Assembly: GCA_964549685.1 (NCBI GenBank)
Contig: CAZJVE010000001.1
Location: 83,806 to 147,805 of the forward strand
DNA: 64,000 bases
Direction: 5' to 3'
Source: an uncultured archaeon
GTDB taxonomy: Archaea; Altiarchaeota; Altiarchaeia; IMC4; QMZM01
How positions within the stretch are numbered: the stretch's first letter is position 1; every line of letters begins with the position of its first letter. Position numbers and translations under genes: made by a program. A model generated the notes under the pieces. The model did no database searches. It saw nothing but the letters and a program-made list of their open reading frames with translations, and was not told where the DNA came from. This document shows positions 14,754-24,509 of this stretch, one piece after another.

Positions 14754-16253
14754 ATGAAAAAAGAAATCCTGCTCGTAACGGGGAGAAACGCGGAGAGGTA
14801 TGTCGGGGATTACGCAAAGAATTTCCCGGTGAGAATTCATGCCTGTAAGGAGAATGTGGCGGCGCTGCTGTCCCCGAAGGGGATTCTTGATGAATTATCA
14901 AAAGAGAATCTTGACGGAATCTCCACAATCATTATCCCCGGGGGTGTTAGGGGTGATGTCTCGGTAATCCAGGAAAAACTGGGAATTCCGGTCTGGAAGG
15001 GCTCGAGAAATCTGGTGGATTTGCCGTTCGTTCTGGAGAAGGTCTCGGCGGGAATGGAGTTATCACCGAAAATTCCTGCCGACGAGCTTCTTGAGGATGA
15101 GATAAAGAAGGAGATTGAAAAGGAGTTGGAAAAAGTCTATAAGCCTGAGAAATTCTCGATGAGAATTGGGGAGAATGTTCACCTTGGTTCTGGAATCAGT
15201 CAGGTCATAGCAGAGATTCCAGATGCTCCCATGCTGAACAAGGAGGAGATTCAGAGAATTGCAGGACATTATGAAGAATCTGGGGCCAAGATAATCGACA
15301 TAGGGATGCTCGCAGGGGAGGATAACTCCGGGAAGGTTGCGGGGATTGTCGAGGCTGTCAGGGATTCCACAGACCTGCCGATAGCTATTGACTCGCTGCA
15401 GGAAAAGGAGATTCTTGCAGCGGTGGATTCAGGAGTTGATTTGGTTCTGAGTCTAGATTTAACAAACTATGAAATTTCGAATTCAATCGAAATTCCGGCA
15501 GTTATAATTCCAAGGGATGAAAATGGGAAGATTCCGAAAAATATTGATGATAGAATCAAAATACTTGAAAAATTGATGAAAAAGGTTGAGAATTTTATAG
15601 TTGACCCTGTCCTTGAGCCCCCCAATCTGGGGCTTGTGGATTCGTTGGAGAGTTACATCAGATTCAGGAGGGACTACCCTGGGGTTCCTATGCTGATGGG
15701 GGTGGGAAATGTCACGGAAATGATGGATGCTGACTCTCCCGGAGTCAATGCCCTGCTGGCTTCCATTGCATCGGAGCTGGAGATAGATTTGCTTTTCACC
15801 ACGGAGGCAAGCAAGAAGACCCATGGCAGCGTTAGGGAGCTTTCCACAGCAGCAAAGATGGCATATCTAGCAAAGGTCAGGGGGCAGGCCCCAAAAGACT
15901 TGGGAATCGACCTGCTCGTAGTGAAGGACAAGGCCGAGGTGCCCCAGGTAGATACCCAAAGGTTCGATGCGATTAAACCGATTGATGTTAAGAGGAGTGA
16001 AGAATCCGGAATTGATGCATTTGAATTCAGAATCTATCTGGGGGATGGAAAAATCAATGTTGTATATCTGAAGGGGAACGACCCTGAGCTTAGATTTAGG
16101 GGGACGCGAGCAAAGGACCTCTATATAGAGATAACAAAGAGGAGCCTGGTGGAGAATGCCGAGCATGCCGCCTACCTGGGCAGGGAGCTGGTAAAAGCGG
16201 AGATTGCACTCGGTTTGGGGAAGAATTACGCCCAGGATAGGTATTTATTTTGA
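14754..16253 (+). CDS. Archaeal dihydropteroate synthase-like protein with C-terminal DUF4346-like domain
   Basis: Pterin-binding barrel motifs (GAKIIDIG, IAIDS, GNVTEMMDADS); C-terminal HAAYLGRELVKAE...YAQD. Confidence 0.85.
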   Translation: MKKEILLVTGRNAERYVGDYAKNFPVRIHACKENVAALLSPKGILDELSKENLDGISTIIIPGGVRGDVSVIQEKLGIPVWKGSRNLVDLPFVLEKVSAGMELSPKIPADELLEDEIKKEIEKELEKVYKPEKFSMRIGENVHLGSGISQVIAEIPDAPMLNKEEIQRIAGHYEESGAKIIDIGMLAGEDNSGKVAGIVEAVRDSTDLPIAIDSLQEKEILAAVDSGVDLVLSLDLTNYEISNSIEIPAVIIPRDENGKIPKNIDDRIKILEKLMKKVENFIVDPVLEPPNLGLVDSLESYIRFRRDYPGVPMLMGVGNVTEMMDADSPGVNALLASIASELEIDLLFTTEASKKTHGSVRELSTAAKMAYLAKVRGQAPKDLGIDLLVVKDKAEVPQVDTQRFDAIKPIDVKRSEESGIDAFEFRIYLGDGKINVVYLKGNDPELRFRGTRAKDLYIEITKRSLVENAEHAAYLGRELVKAEIALGLGKNYAQDRYLF

Positions 16254-16272
16254 TTGAATCGGAATTCTAAGA

Positions 16273-16971
16273 ATGGATTTGTACCTGGCTACAGTAATTA
16301 TAGCAATCGCGTTCATACTCTTCGCCTACTGGAAGGGCAAGATTGATTTGTCAGCCCTGCTTCTGTCGGGCGTGGTGGGTTTCGTGGTTCTCTTTTCCCT
16401 GGGTGAGAAGTGGCCCTACATCTGGCTTATCCTGGTGTTCTTCTTTATAGGCAACCTGGTTACCAAGTACAAGTATTCAAGAAAGGAGAGCAACGGAGTT
16501 GCGGAGGGTATAAGGACGTGGAAAAATGTCTTTGGAAATGGCGGCTCAGCGACAATATTTGCCCTTCTTTATGGGGTTACGGGGAATGGACTTTTTCTGC
16601 TTGGCTTTATGGGCGCCATGGCAACAGCGGCCGGGGATACCTTTGCTACCGAGGTTGGAGAGGCCCATGAAAGGGAGCCAAGGCTGATAACGAATTTTAA
16701 GAAAGTGAGAGTTGGGACGAGTGGCGCAATCTCGCGGTATGGGCTGATTGCTGCTTTGGTAGGGGCAGGGATAATAGCATCAATTGCATTTATTCTGGAG
16801 CAGAATTCATCCGTCCTTCTGATTGGAATCCTGGCCGGCTTTGTCGGGTGTAATGTTGACAGTCTTGTAGGGGCGACCATAGAGAAGAGGCTGAACAAGC
16901 ACGTGACGAACTTTCTGGGGACGCTGTCTGGAGGCATGGCTGCAGTAATTCTTTCTTATTTTGTTTTGTGA
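16273..16971 (+). CDS. DUF92/TMEM19 family membrane protein
   Basis: RTWKNVFGNG, DTFATEVG, GTSGAIS, DSLVGA, VTNFL. Confidence 0.9.
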   Translation: MDLYLATVIIAIAFILFAYWKGKIDLSALLLSGVVGFVVLFSLGEKWPYIWLILVFFFIGNLVTKYKYSRKESNGVAEGIRTWKNVFGNGGSATIFALLYGVTGNGLFLLGFMGAMATAAGDTFATEVGEAHEREPRLITNFKKVRVGTSGAISRYGLIAALVGAGIIASIAFILEQNSSVLLIGILAGFVGCNVDSLVGATIEKRLNKHVTNFLGTLSGGMAAVILSYFVL

Positions 16972-16983
16972 TAAAAGAGTAAT

Positions 16984-17550
16984 ATGAGGGAATTCGCCAT
17001 TATATCTCTGATATCTGTATTAATTCTTGTCTCCGGCTGTCTTGAAACACAGCGGGATGTAGTAAACGTCTATGTCTGTGCTGACGGGAGTCAGGCGTCG
17101 AATGCGCGTGACTGTCCCAAGGTAGAGCCTGAGGTCATGGAGATAACGAGGTATGTCTGTTTTGATGGAGAGGTCGTCGATAATGTCGCCGATTGCCCGA
17201 CTACTACAGTCAAGGTGACGTCTACCATTGCAACAACATCACTTATGGATGCTCCTGAAACAACGACGCTGGAGGAGTTAGGTACTACAACAGCCGAGGA
17301 AACAACGAGCACGGTCGAAGAGGAGGCACAAAGCACGGTGGAGGAGGAAACAACGAGCACGGTCGAGGGCACATCAACGATAGAAGATGACTATCAATTC
17401 GTGGGGAGCGTGAATTCCGACAAGTATCATTATCCGGACTGCAGGTATGCAACGAGGATTAACAAGGAGAATCTGATATCTTTTGCTGATGAGGATGAGG
17501 CGCAGGAAGAAGGTTATAGTCCATGCGGAGTCTGCGACCCACCTACCTGA
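16984..17550 (+). CDS. Lipoprotein with Thr/Glu linker and C-terminal Ada-type metal-binding domain
   Basis: Lipobox LVSGC, two YVCxDG...CP motifs, FVGSVNSDKYHYPDC...GYSPCGVC. Confidence 0.8.
   Translation: MREFAIISLISVLILVSGCLETQRDVVNVYVCADGSQASNARDCPKVEPEVMEITRYVCFDGEVVDNVADCPTTTVKVTSTIATTSLMDAPETTTLEELGTTTAEETTSTVEEEAQSTVEEETTSTVEGTSTIEDDYQFVGSVNSDKYHYPDCRYATRINKENLISFADEDEAQEEGYSPCGVCDPPT
17296..17367 (+). repeat. 3 x 24-bp coding repeat (EETTSTVE)
   Basis: GAGGAAACAACGAGCACGGTCGAR units with a diverged middle copy. Confidence 0.85.
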
Positions 17551-17562
17551 TTTTGTATTACA

Positions 17563-18963
17563 TTAGCTCCTCAGCTTCTCCATGTGCTCAACGCTCCGCT
17601 GGATATGCTCCTTCGATGCTATGTCGTTCCTGTACCAGAGCGCTCCCCCGTTTATAGAATTGATTACATTAAGGGAGATTTCCCTGGCCTGCTCCACTGT
17701 TTCTGAGATTCCGATGCAGCAGACCGTCCTCGAGCCAAGTGCGTAGTTATTCCCGTCCTTAAGCTCCATGGAGCCCGGATAGATTCGAAAGTTGTCGCCG
17801 TATTTCTCCGAGAGGGCCTTTGCCCTGGAGAGGTCAACGGCGGTGCCAATTTCGCTGTCCACAGCCCTGCCGGGGAATTTCTCCTTGTAGCCGCCGTAGT
17901 TTGGGGGGACCTTGTAGATTAGGACGGAGGAATTCGGATTTAATTTAATATTTGCTAAATTCCCTCCTATCATCTTGTAGCAGACGTCAACGAAGTCGTC
18001 CTCGATAAGTGGCATGACTGTTTGAATCTCCGGGTCTCCGCCCCTTGAGTTTATCTCGAGAATCTTGGGGCCCTGGGCCGAGTGCATGAAGGCGACGTAG
18101 AGCGGAATTCCCCGGAGGCCTGGGTTTCCATCGCCCTTTAATTTTTTAAAGAATTTATCGACAATTTCAATCTCCTTCTCCCTCTCGCTCTGTTTCATGA
18201 AGGGCAGATAGTCTTTATCCTTGTAGCAGCCCATCCCTCCTGTGTTGGGGCCTTCATCGTTCTCAAAGGCGCGCTTGTAGTCCCTTGTGTCAGGGAGGAC
18301 AGCGAGGTTCTTCCCGTCGCAGAACGCCTGAAATGATGATTCCTCGCCGTCGATTTTTTCCTCGATGATGACGGAGTCGTGCTCGTAGATTGTCATGAAG
18401 TGCTGGAAGAGTTCCTCTCTGTTTTGAAAGTGGTCGCCCCATACCCCTACTCCTTTTCCGTAGCCGGGTCTGTCCGGTTTTACAGCAACCTGGTTGTTGA
18501 GCTCGTCGAGCCAGGAGTAGAGCTTGTCCTTCACCTCAGCCGCTGAGCCGTCCTCCTTCCTGTTGAAGACCTTGAACCTTGGATTGGCTTCTGGGCAGCA
18601 TTCGTTGAGTAGAATTCTCTGTTGTAATTTGCTTTCCTCTAGTGCAAATTCCTTAGTTGGACAAATTATTGGAATTTCAGTCTCCTTTTCGATGAGGTCC
18701 CTGGTTCCTGCAATGATGGGGCCTTCAGGTCCAATAATCCCGAAGTCCAGGGAATTCTTGTTGTCTTCTACAAAATTCAGAATTTTTTCAGAATTTAGGT
18801 CAGGAATTACCACGTGCTTCTCGGTACGCTCGAGATTAAAGGGGTTTGCCTGCTTGTCAGCGATAAAGAGTTTTGTTTCGTAGTTCTCGCTCCTTGAGAA
18901 CGCGTCAACGAAAGAGGCTGCCCTCGAGCCATAACTAACGACGAGAATTCCAACAGATTCCAT
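17563..18963 (-). CDS. purD: Phosphoribosylamine-glycine ligase
   Basis: IGPEGP, GKGV, IEEKIDGEESS, DYKRAFENDEGPNTGGMG, EINSRGGDPE. Confidence 0.9.
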   Translation of the reverse strand: MESVGILVVSYGSRAASFVDAFSRSENYETKLFIADKQANPFNLERTEKHVVIPDLNSEKILNFVEDNKNSLDFGIIGPEGPIIAGTRDLIEKETEIPIICPTKEFALEESKLQQRILLNECCPEANPRFKVFNRKEDGSAAEVKDKLYSWLDELNNQVAVKPDRPGYGKGVGVWGDHFQNREELFQHFMTIYEHDSVIIEEKIDGEESSFQAFCDGKNLAVLPDTRDYKRAFENDEGPNTGGMGCYKDKDYLPFMKQSEREKEIEIVDKFFKKLKGDGNPGLRGIPLYVAFMHSAQGPKILEINSRGGDPEIQTVMPLIEDDFVDVCYKMIGGNLANIKLNPNSSVLIYKVPPNYGGYKEKFPGRAVDSEIGTAVDLSRAKALSEKYGDNFRIYPGSMELKDGNNYALGSRTVCCIGISETVEQAREISLNVINSINGGALWYRNDIASKEHIQRSVEHMEKLRS

Positions 18964-18994
18964 AGATAGTATTAGATAAGAAATTTAATAAGAA

Positions 18995-19597
18995 TCAGGA
19001 ATTTTCCCAGTCAAATATTGCATCTACTATGTCGCTGAGTTCTACGATGCCATTGCTCCAGAGGTCAATCATGTCGATAACCTCCGAGAGTTCAACGTAT
19101 CCGTCGCCATCCATGTCTGCCTCGCCGCAGATGTCATCGAAATCGTAGCTAGAAGGCTGTGTTCCGTATGTTCCGTATGCAACAGCAAGAAGGTCGCCGG
19201 ATTCGGCGCAGTAATGCCCGTCCCAGGATGTAAGTTCGCCGTTCCAGCAGGAATCTCCGCCGTCAAATCCGACTGGGGAGTAGGTCCAGTCGCTTTCACC
19301 ATATCCCTTTATCATGAAGCCCCAGTATGAGTCCCCGCCGCACCAGCAGTTTGATGAGGGGCAACCGATACTCTCAATCCCACACAATCCATGCCCTAGT
19401 GAGGAATCGAAATATAGCCAGTCTATGTCGAGGCCTGTTTCTTGAAGAACCTCATAGCCATCAGTCCCTTCTGAAACTGAAACGCACTTTGTAAATTCGG
19501 TGCCTCCCGGATATCTGATAACTACTCCAACCTTTATTGCATTCACCTGGATTGCCAGTAGCCCTATAATAAAAAATATAAGAATTTCCTTTCTCAT
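18995..19597 (-). CDS. Secreted Cys-rich protein, transcobalamin C-terminal/DUF4430-like domain plus dockerin/EF-hand-like tail
   Basis: Signal peptide; LCGIESIG...YWGF...YSPVG pattern; ADMDGDGYVELSEVID tail. Confidence 0.6.
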   Translation of the reverse strand: MRKEILIFFIIGLLAIQVNAIKVGVVIRYPGGTEFTKCVSVSEGTDGYEVLQETGLDIDWLYFDSSLGHGLCGIESIGCPSSNCWCGGDSYWGFMIKGYGESDWTYSPVGFDGGDSCWNGELTSWDGHYCAESGDLLAVAYGTYGTQPSSYDFDDICGEADMDGDGYVELSEVIDMIDLWSNGIVELSDIVDAIFDWENS

Positions 19598-19603
19598 TTT
19601 CTT

Positions 19604-20140
19604 TCAAACATAAAACCTCATGTCCTTCATGAATTTTGCGGGGGAGAATTCCTTCATCGCTTGCGCTGCCTTAATCAGCGAGGGAGCAAATAAGAAAACG
19701 AGGACACAACTACTCAAATGTAATATGAGGAAGGGAATCATGTTTATCAATGCTATTGGAACAGGAATCATGAACTGAAGGGCAAAGAATATGGATGTTA
19801 CTGTATCATAGAACAGGACCATTGCAAAGCTAAGAAGTGTTAGTGAAAGTCTGCCCCACTCTTTCTTTAATTTGCTAAGTAATCCGCAAATCAAACCTAT
19901 CAGCCCATAGGTCAGTGACGTATAGATTGTCCACAAACCTACAGAACCCATCATTACATCCGATACTGACCTTGCGCCAAAAGCGAATACGAATCCTGAA
20001 ATCGGACCCATGACGATTGCAAGTGGAATCGCAAAGAGCATTATCGGCTCTATGTTTGGCAGAGGGGCCATCATTACCCTCAGTAATGCAACCAACGTAA
20101 TGCTTCCTGTAAGGACTGCGGGATTTGGACCAAATTTCAT
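19604..20140 (-). CDS. ECF transporter S-component (CbrT-like, possibly cobamide)
   Basis: About 6 TM; RVMMAPLPNIEPI, MGPISG, VSDVMMG.GLWT motifs. Confidence 0.75.
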   Translation of the reverse strand: MKFGPNPAVLTGSITLVALLRVMMAPLPNIEPIMLFAIPLAIVMGPISGFVFAFGARSVSDVMMGSVGLWTIYTSLTYGLIGLICGLLSKLKKEWGRLSLTLLSFAMVLFYDTVTSIFFALQFMIPVPIALINMIPFLILHLSSCVLVFLFAPSLIKAAQAMKEFSPAKFMKDMRFYV

Positions 20141-20176
20141 TTCTTATTTATTTATTAACAGCCTATCTTTAAATAC

Positions 20177-20195
20177 GTTGGATAATTTATCCAAC
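20177..20195. promoter_or_regulatory. Perfect palindrome operator next to a TATA box
   Basis: GTTGGATAA-T-TTATCCAAC immediately after TTTAAATA (20168-20175) in a 61-bp divergent intergenic region. Confidence 0.6.
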
Positions 20196-20201
20196 CTGAA
20201 A

Positions 20202-20858
20202 ATGAGGGTTATTTCATCCTGGAGCGGGGGCAAGGAGAGCTGCCTTTCATGCTGGAGGGCTATCCAGAAGGGATATGAGGTTTCATTTATCCTGAACTTC
20301 ATCTCCGAAGAGTTCAAGAGGGTATCATTTCATGGAGTTGAAGCGGGAGTGATTAAGGAACAGGTTTCCAATACCGGAATTCCCCTGACTCAGAAGGAGA
20401 CGACTCCCGACGGCTATGAGAATGAATTCAAAGGGGCCGTTTCTGAATTGACTCCCTCAGGCATCAAGGGTATGGTCTTTGGCGATATCTATCTCCAGGA
20501 GCACAGAGATTGGGTTGAGCGGGTTTGTAGTGATTTAGGTATAGAAGCGATTGAACCGCTTTGGGGGATGAAACCGGAGAACGTGTTCAGGGAATTCCTG
20601 CAGGAGGGTTTCAAGGCAGTTCTCGTATGCGTGAATCCAAAATTTATTGATAAGAGCTGGGTTGGGAAAGAAGTGAATCTGGAGTTCTTGGCCTATCTCC
20701 TGGAAAACGGAATCGACCCTTGCGGGGAAAACGGGGAGTATCATACGCTGGTTACTGCTGGGCCATTATTTGAAAGGAAGATAGAGATTACTAGAGGTGA
20801 GACTGTTGAGATAAATAACTATTTCTTTCTTGACATTCAGAAGTATGAGGTAATTTAG
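20202..20858 (+). CDS. Diphthine-ammonia ligase-like PP-loop ATPase (DUF71/Dph6 family)
   Basis: SWSGGKES, FGDIYLQEHRDW, IDPCGENGEYHT; start corrected to MRVISS. Confidence 0.88.
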   Translation: MRVISSWSGGKESCLSCWRAIQKGYEVSFILNFISEEFKRVSFHGVEAGVIKEQVSNTGIPLTQKETTPDGYENEFKGAVSELTPSGIKGMVFGDIYLQEHRDWVERVCSDLGIEAIEPLWGMKPENVFREFLQEGFKAVLVCVNPKFIDKSWVGKEVNLEFLAYLLENGIDPCGENGEYHTLVTAGPLFERKIEITRGETVEINNYFFLDIQKYEVI

Positions 20859-20877
20859 CCCTATTTCAATATATCTA

Positions 20878-21879
20878 ATGATGGCTGAGATTATCTCTGA
20901 TGATATAGGGAGCTTCCCTCTTCCGGAGGGGGTGAAGAGAGATGGCCTGGAGGGCGAGGAATTCGAAGAGGTTGTTAGGGGCATCATGCAGAGGAAGATT
21001 TCTACTGGGATTCAGAGGCCGAACTATCCGCAAGTAAAGGATATGATTTCCCAGTTCTTTTCGTCGATAGAGGAATCCCAGGACGGGGGGGAGGCCTGGC
21101 TTATAGAAAAGGAGAGGGCGAAAATTCCTGAAATAAAAATTATTGATGATGTTGCGAAGGAGTATTATGAGAAGAATTCCAGGCCGCTGGAACTGCGGGT
21201 CTGCGTAACAGGGCCACTGGAGCTGTACCTGGAGAAGGTCAGCAACCAGGTGCAGGGGGATTTGCTGATGAATCTGGCCGAGAGCGTCTCTCGTTTTGTT
21301 GAAAATTCCCTGGTTGACAAGGAGTATATGAAGACACGGACCGTCAGCATCGACGAGCCCAGCCTGGGGCTGAATCCAAATATTGTAGCGGAACAGGAGG
21401 ACCTGGTCAAGGCCCTCGACCTGGCTGTGAGTCCTGCCAAGGGTCTCGATATTCAGGTCCATCTCCATGCACCGAATTCTGCGGATTTGATTTATGAGAC
21501 CGAGAACGTTGGGATTATTGGCATCGAGACTGCGGAGGAGCCGAAATTCCTGGAGGATATTGACAAGGACGACCTGGAGCAGCACGACAAATTCCTGAGG
21601 GTGGGAATAGCGAGGAGCAACATCTTCGGGATTGCCGCCGATTACAAGGAAGGGAATGGGGTTGACGTCTGGAAGGAGAAGGATTTTGCTGCGATGGTTA
21701 ATGAGATGGAGAATGTGAATATTATGAAGAAAAGGCTAGAGAATTCACTCAAAGTTTTTGATGATAGAATAAAGTACGCGGGGCCGGACTGCGGCCTCAG
21801 CGCCTGGCCCAGCCAGGATTCCGCAGAGCTCCTGCTGAGGAATGCTGCAATGGTTGTTGAGGAATTTAATAAAAAATAA
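20878..21879 (+). CDS. Archaeal single-barrel (core) methionine synthase, MesA/MetE C-terminal-like
   Basis: DDIGSFP, CVTGP, SIDEPSLG, HLH, GPDCGL. Confidence 0.8.
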   Translation: MMAEIISDDIGSFPLPEGVKRDGLEGEEFEEVVRGIMQRKISTGIQRPNYPQVKDMISQFFSSIEESQDGGEAWLIEKERAKIPEIKIIDDVAKEYYEKNSRPLELRVCVTGPLELYLEKVSNQVQGDLLMNLAESVSRFVENSLVDKEYMKTRTVSIDEPSLGLNPNIVAEQEDLVKALDLAVSPAKGLDIQVHLHAPNSADLIYETENVGIIGIETAEEPKFLEDIDKDDLEQHDKFLRVGIARSNIFGIAADYKEGNGVDVWKEKDFAAMVNEMENVNIMKKRLENSLKVFDDRIKYAGPDCGLSAWPSQDSAELLLRNAAMVVEEFNKK

Positions 21880-21896
21880 AAGAAAGAGGGGAGATT

Positions 21897-23249
21897 TTAC
21901 AAAATCTCCAGGTATCTGTCAATCTCCCAGTCTGTCACTTGCATGAGGTATTCCTTCCACTCGGCCTTCTTTGCCTCGAGATATCGCTCGTAGAGGTGCT
22001 TTCCGAGGGTCTCCTTCATCAGCTTGCTCTTCTCGAACTCTGCAACCGCCTCTCCTAGAGAGGCTGGAAGGGTGTCTATCCCTAGCTCCTCTAGCTTGCA
22101 GTTATCGAAGTGGTAAACATCCTCCTCCACCGGAGCAGGTGGAGTCAGTTGTCTCCTGATTCCATCAAGTCCAGCTCTAAGCATTACGGCAAATGCCAGG
22201 TAGGGGCTGCAGCTTGGGTCCGGGCATCTCATCTCGGCCCGGGTGGCCTTCTCCCTGCCCGGAGAATACCTTGGTACCCTAATCAAGGCAGAGCGGTTGT
22301 GCTGTCCCCAGCATATATAGACAGGAGCTTCATAACCCGGAACAAGCCTCTTGTACGAATTGATTGTCGGGGCCAGGACTGCACACATGCCCTTGATGTG
22401 TTCAAGCTGCCCGGCAATAAAGCCATAGGCTGTCTTTGATAGCTTGTATTTGTCACTGGCGTCATAGAACGCCGGCTTCCCGTCCTTTGTAAAGAGGCTC
22501 TGATGTACATGCATGCCGGAACCGTTGATTCCGAAGATTGGCTTGGGCATGAACGTGGCATAGAGGCCGTGCATGTTTGCTATGGCCTTCACAGTATACT
22601 TGAATGTCACTGCGTGGTCAGCCGTCTTAAGAGCCTCATCATACCGGAAATCAATCTCGTGTTGGCCGTCAGCCACCTCGTGGTGGGACATCTCCACGTG
22701 CATCCCAAGGCTTTCCAGGGCGAGTATGGCGTCCCTTCTGACGTTGGATGCCAGGTCCCTCGGCGAGAAATCGAAGTAGCCGGCGACATCATGGGGAACG
22801 GGCTTAATCTTCTCATCCTCGCCGTTCTTCTTGAAGAGGAAGAACTCCAGTTCGGGGCCAGTAAAGAACCCAAACCCCATCTTCCTGGCTTCCTTGATTG
22901 CTCTCTTGAGTATGTATCTTGGGTCTCCTTCGAACGGCTTTCCGTCTGAGGTATAAACATCGGCGATAATTCTTGCCTCTGCCTTTTCCTTAGGCCTCCA
23001 TGGGAGGACAGCGAATGTGGAAGGGTCGGGCATGAGATACATGTCCGACTCGCAGATTCTTGCGAATCCCTCTATCGAGGAGCCGTCGAACCATATACCC
23101 TTCTCCATGGACTCCTCCAGCTGTTCTATGGGGATTGTGACGGACTTCACAATACCGAACATGTCGCTAAACTGCAGCTTTATGAATTTCACGTCTTCGC
23201 TCTTTGCCTCCGTCAAAACCTTTTCCTTCAAATCGTCCTTTGTGGTCAT
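21897..23249 (-). CDS. glnA: Glutamine synthetase type I
   Basis: FDGSSIEGF, HHEVADGQHEI, FMPKP..GINGSGMH, NSYKRLVPGYEAP, NRSALIR. Confidence 0.97.
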   Translation of the reverse strand: MTTKDDLKEKVLTEAKSEDVKFIKLQFSDMFGIVKSVTIPIEQLEESMEKGIWFDGSSIEGFARICESDMYLMPDPSTFAVLPWRPKEKAEARIIADVYTSDGKPFEGDPRYILKRAIKEARKMGFGFFTGPELEFFLFKKNGEDEKIKPVPHDVAGYFDFSPRDLASNVRRDAILALESLGMHVEMSHHEVADGQHEIDFRYDEALKTADHAVTFKYTVKAIANMHGLYATFMPKPIFGINGSGMHVHQSLFTKDGKPAFYDASDKYKLSKTAYGFIAGQLEHIKGMCAVLAPTINSYKRLVPGYEAPVYICWGQHNRSALIRVPRYSPGREKATRAEMRCPDPSCSPYLAFAVMLRAGLDGIRRQLTPPAPVEEDVYHFDNCKLEELGIDTLPASLGEAVAEFEKSKLMKETLGKHLYERYLEAKKAEWKEYLMQVTDWEIDRYLEIL

Positions 23250-23254
23250 TTTTC

Positions 23255-23956
23255 TCACCCCTTTATCTTACAGATTGGAATCGGCTTTCTCTTGTGCTCC
23301 GATTTCTCAATCATCTTTTTGATTTTATCGTTTTCCTTTTTGCCTGAGATTATTTCGTCCATCTTAGCATATGAGAGGCCTATTTCCTTCTCATCTGTTT
23401 GACCCTCCCACATCCCTGCCGAGGGGGCCTTTCCCATTATCTTGGCTGGGATTCCAAGGTATTTTGCCATTTCTTTTACATCCCTCTTCAGGAGGTCCCC
23501 TATTGGCAGGATGTCTACTCCGCCATCGCCGTACTTGGTAAAGTATCCTATCGCTCTTTCCGTCTTGTTTCCGGTTCCGACCACCAGGTAGTCCATCTTG
23601 TTCGCGAAGTAATACAGGGCAGCCATCCTTAACCTTGGCTTAAGGTTTGCAGAGGGAATTCCTCTACCCGTTTCCCCAATCTCCTTGAGCATGTCCGTGA
23701 ATACTTTGGTGAGGTCTATCGTCCTTGTCTCTATGTCGAATTTCTCAGCCAGCAGGCCTGCGTGCTCAGCATCCTTTGGCTCGTTATCGCAGGGCACTAT
23801 CAATCCAAGGGTTTTGTCGGGGAATGCCCTCTTGCAGAGAGCCGCCGTGACTGAGGAGTCAAGGCCCCCAGACACGCCAATGACTACACCCTTTGCCCCT
23901 GCCTTTGCCACCTCTTCCCGTATCCATTCTACTATCTGGCTGGCGACTTTCTCCAT
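23255..23956 (-). CDS. nadE: NH3-dependent NAD+ synthetase
   Basis: GVSGGLDS, NLKPRLRM, GYFTKYGDG, PSAGMWEGQTDE. Confidence 0.96.
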   Translation of the reverse strand: MEKVASQIVEWIREEVAKAGAKGVVIGVSGGLDSSVTAALCKRAFPDKTLGLIVPCDNEPKDAEHAGLLAEKFDIETRTIDLTKVFTDMLKEIGETGRGIPSANLKPRLRMAALYYFANKMDYLVVGTGNKTERAIGYFTKYGDGGVDILPIGDLLKRDVKEMAKYLGIPAKIMGKAPSAGMWEGQTDEKEIGLSYAKMDEIISGKKENDKIKKMIEKSEHKRKPIPICKIKG

Positions 23957-24056
23957 TTTATGGTAGTTATAATGAATAAGTCTTTAAATATTAGTGGTAT
24001 ATTTAGTGAGATATATATTTAAATTCATTTTTATTAAATAAATCCATAACTTTAAC

Positions 24057-24509
24057 ATGAGTTCAACAATAGATGAACTGGATATCAAGATAATCGGGAT
24101 ACTTCAGGAAAACTCAAGAGAAAGTTATAGAGATATTGCAAACAAGCTCAAGGTTGCTGAAGGGACGGTCTATAACAGAGTAAATAAGCTGAGGGAGGAT
24201 GGCGTTATAAGACGATTTATGGTCGACGTGGATTTCTCGAAGGTTGGTTATGAACTGACGGTCCTGGTCGGCATCATAGTTGAGGGAGGGCATCTCCCGG
24301 AGATTGAGAAGAAGATTTCCAAGGACGGGAATGTTTCAGCGGTGTATGATGTTACCGGGGATTACGATGCAATTGTGGTTGCAAAATTCAAGAGCCGGGA
24401 TGATTTGAACAAATTCGTCAAAGGGCTGCTGGCCATGCCCCATGTGAAGAGGACCTATACCATGCTTGTCCTGAATGTTCTCAAGGAGGTTCACGGGGTT
24501 GAGATTTGA
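24057..24509 (+). CDS. Lrp/AsnC family regulator
   Basis: IDELDIKIIGILQENSRES...VYDVTGDYD. Confidence 0.95.
   Translation: MSSTIDELDIKIIGILQENSRESYRDIANKLKVAEGTVYNRVNKLREDGVIRRFMVDVDFSKVGYELTVLVGIIVEGGHLPEIEKKISKDGNVSAVYDVTGDYDAIVVAKFKSRDDLNKFVKGLLAMPHVKRTYTMLVLNVLKEVHGVEI

Noticed and set aside
20875-21585. 236-aa minus-strand ORF
   Set aside because: Lies fully antisense to the well-supported methionine synthase gene and has no motifs
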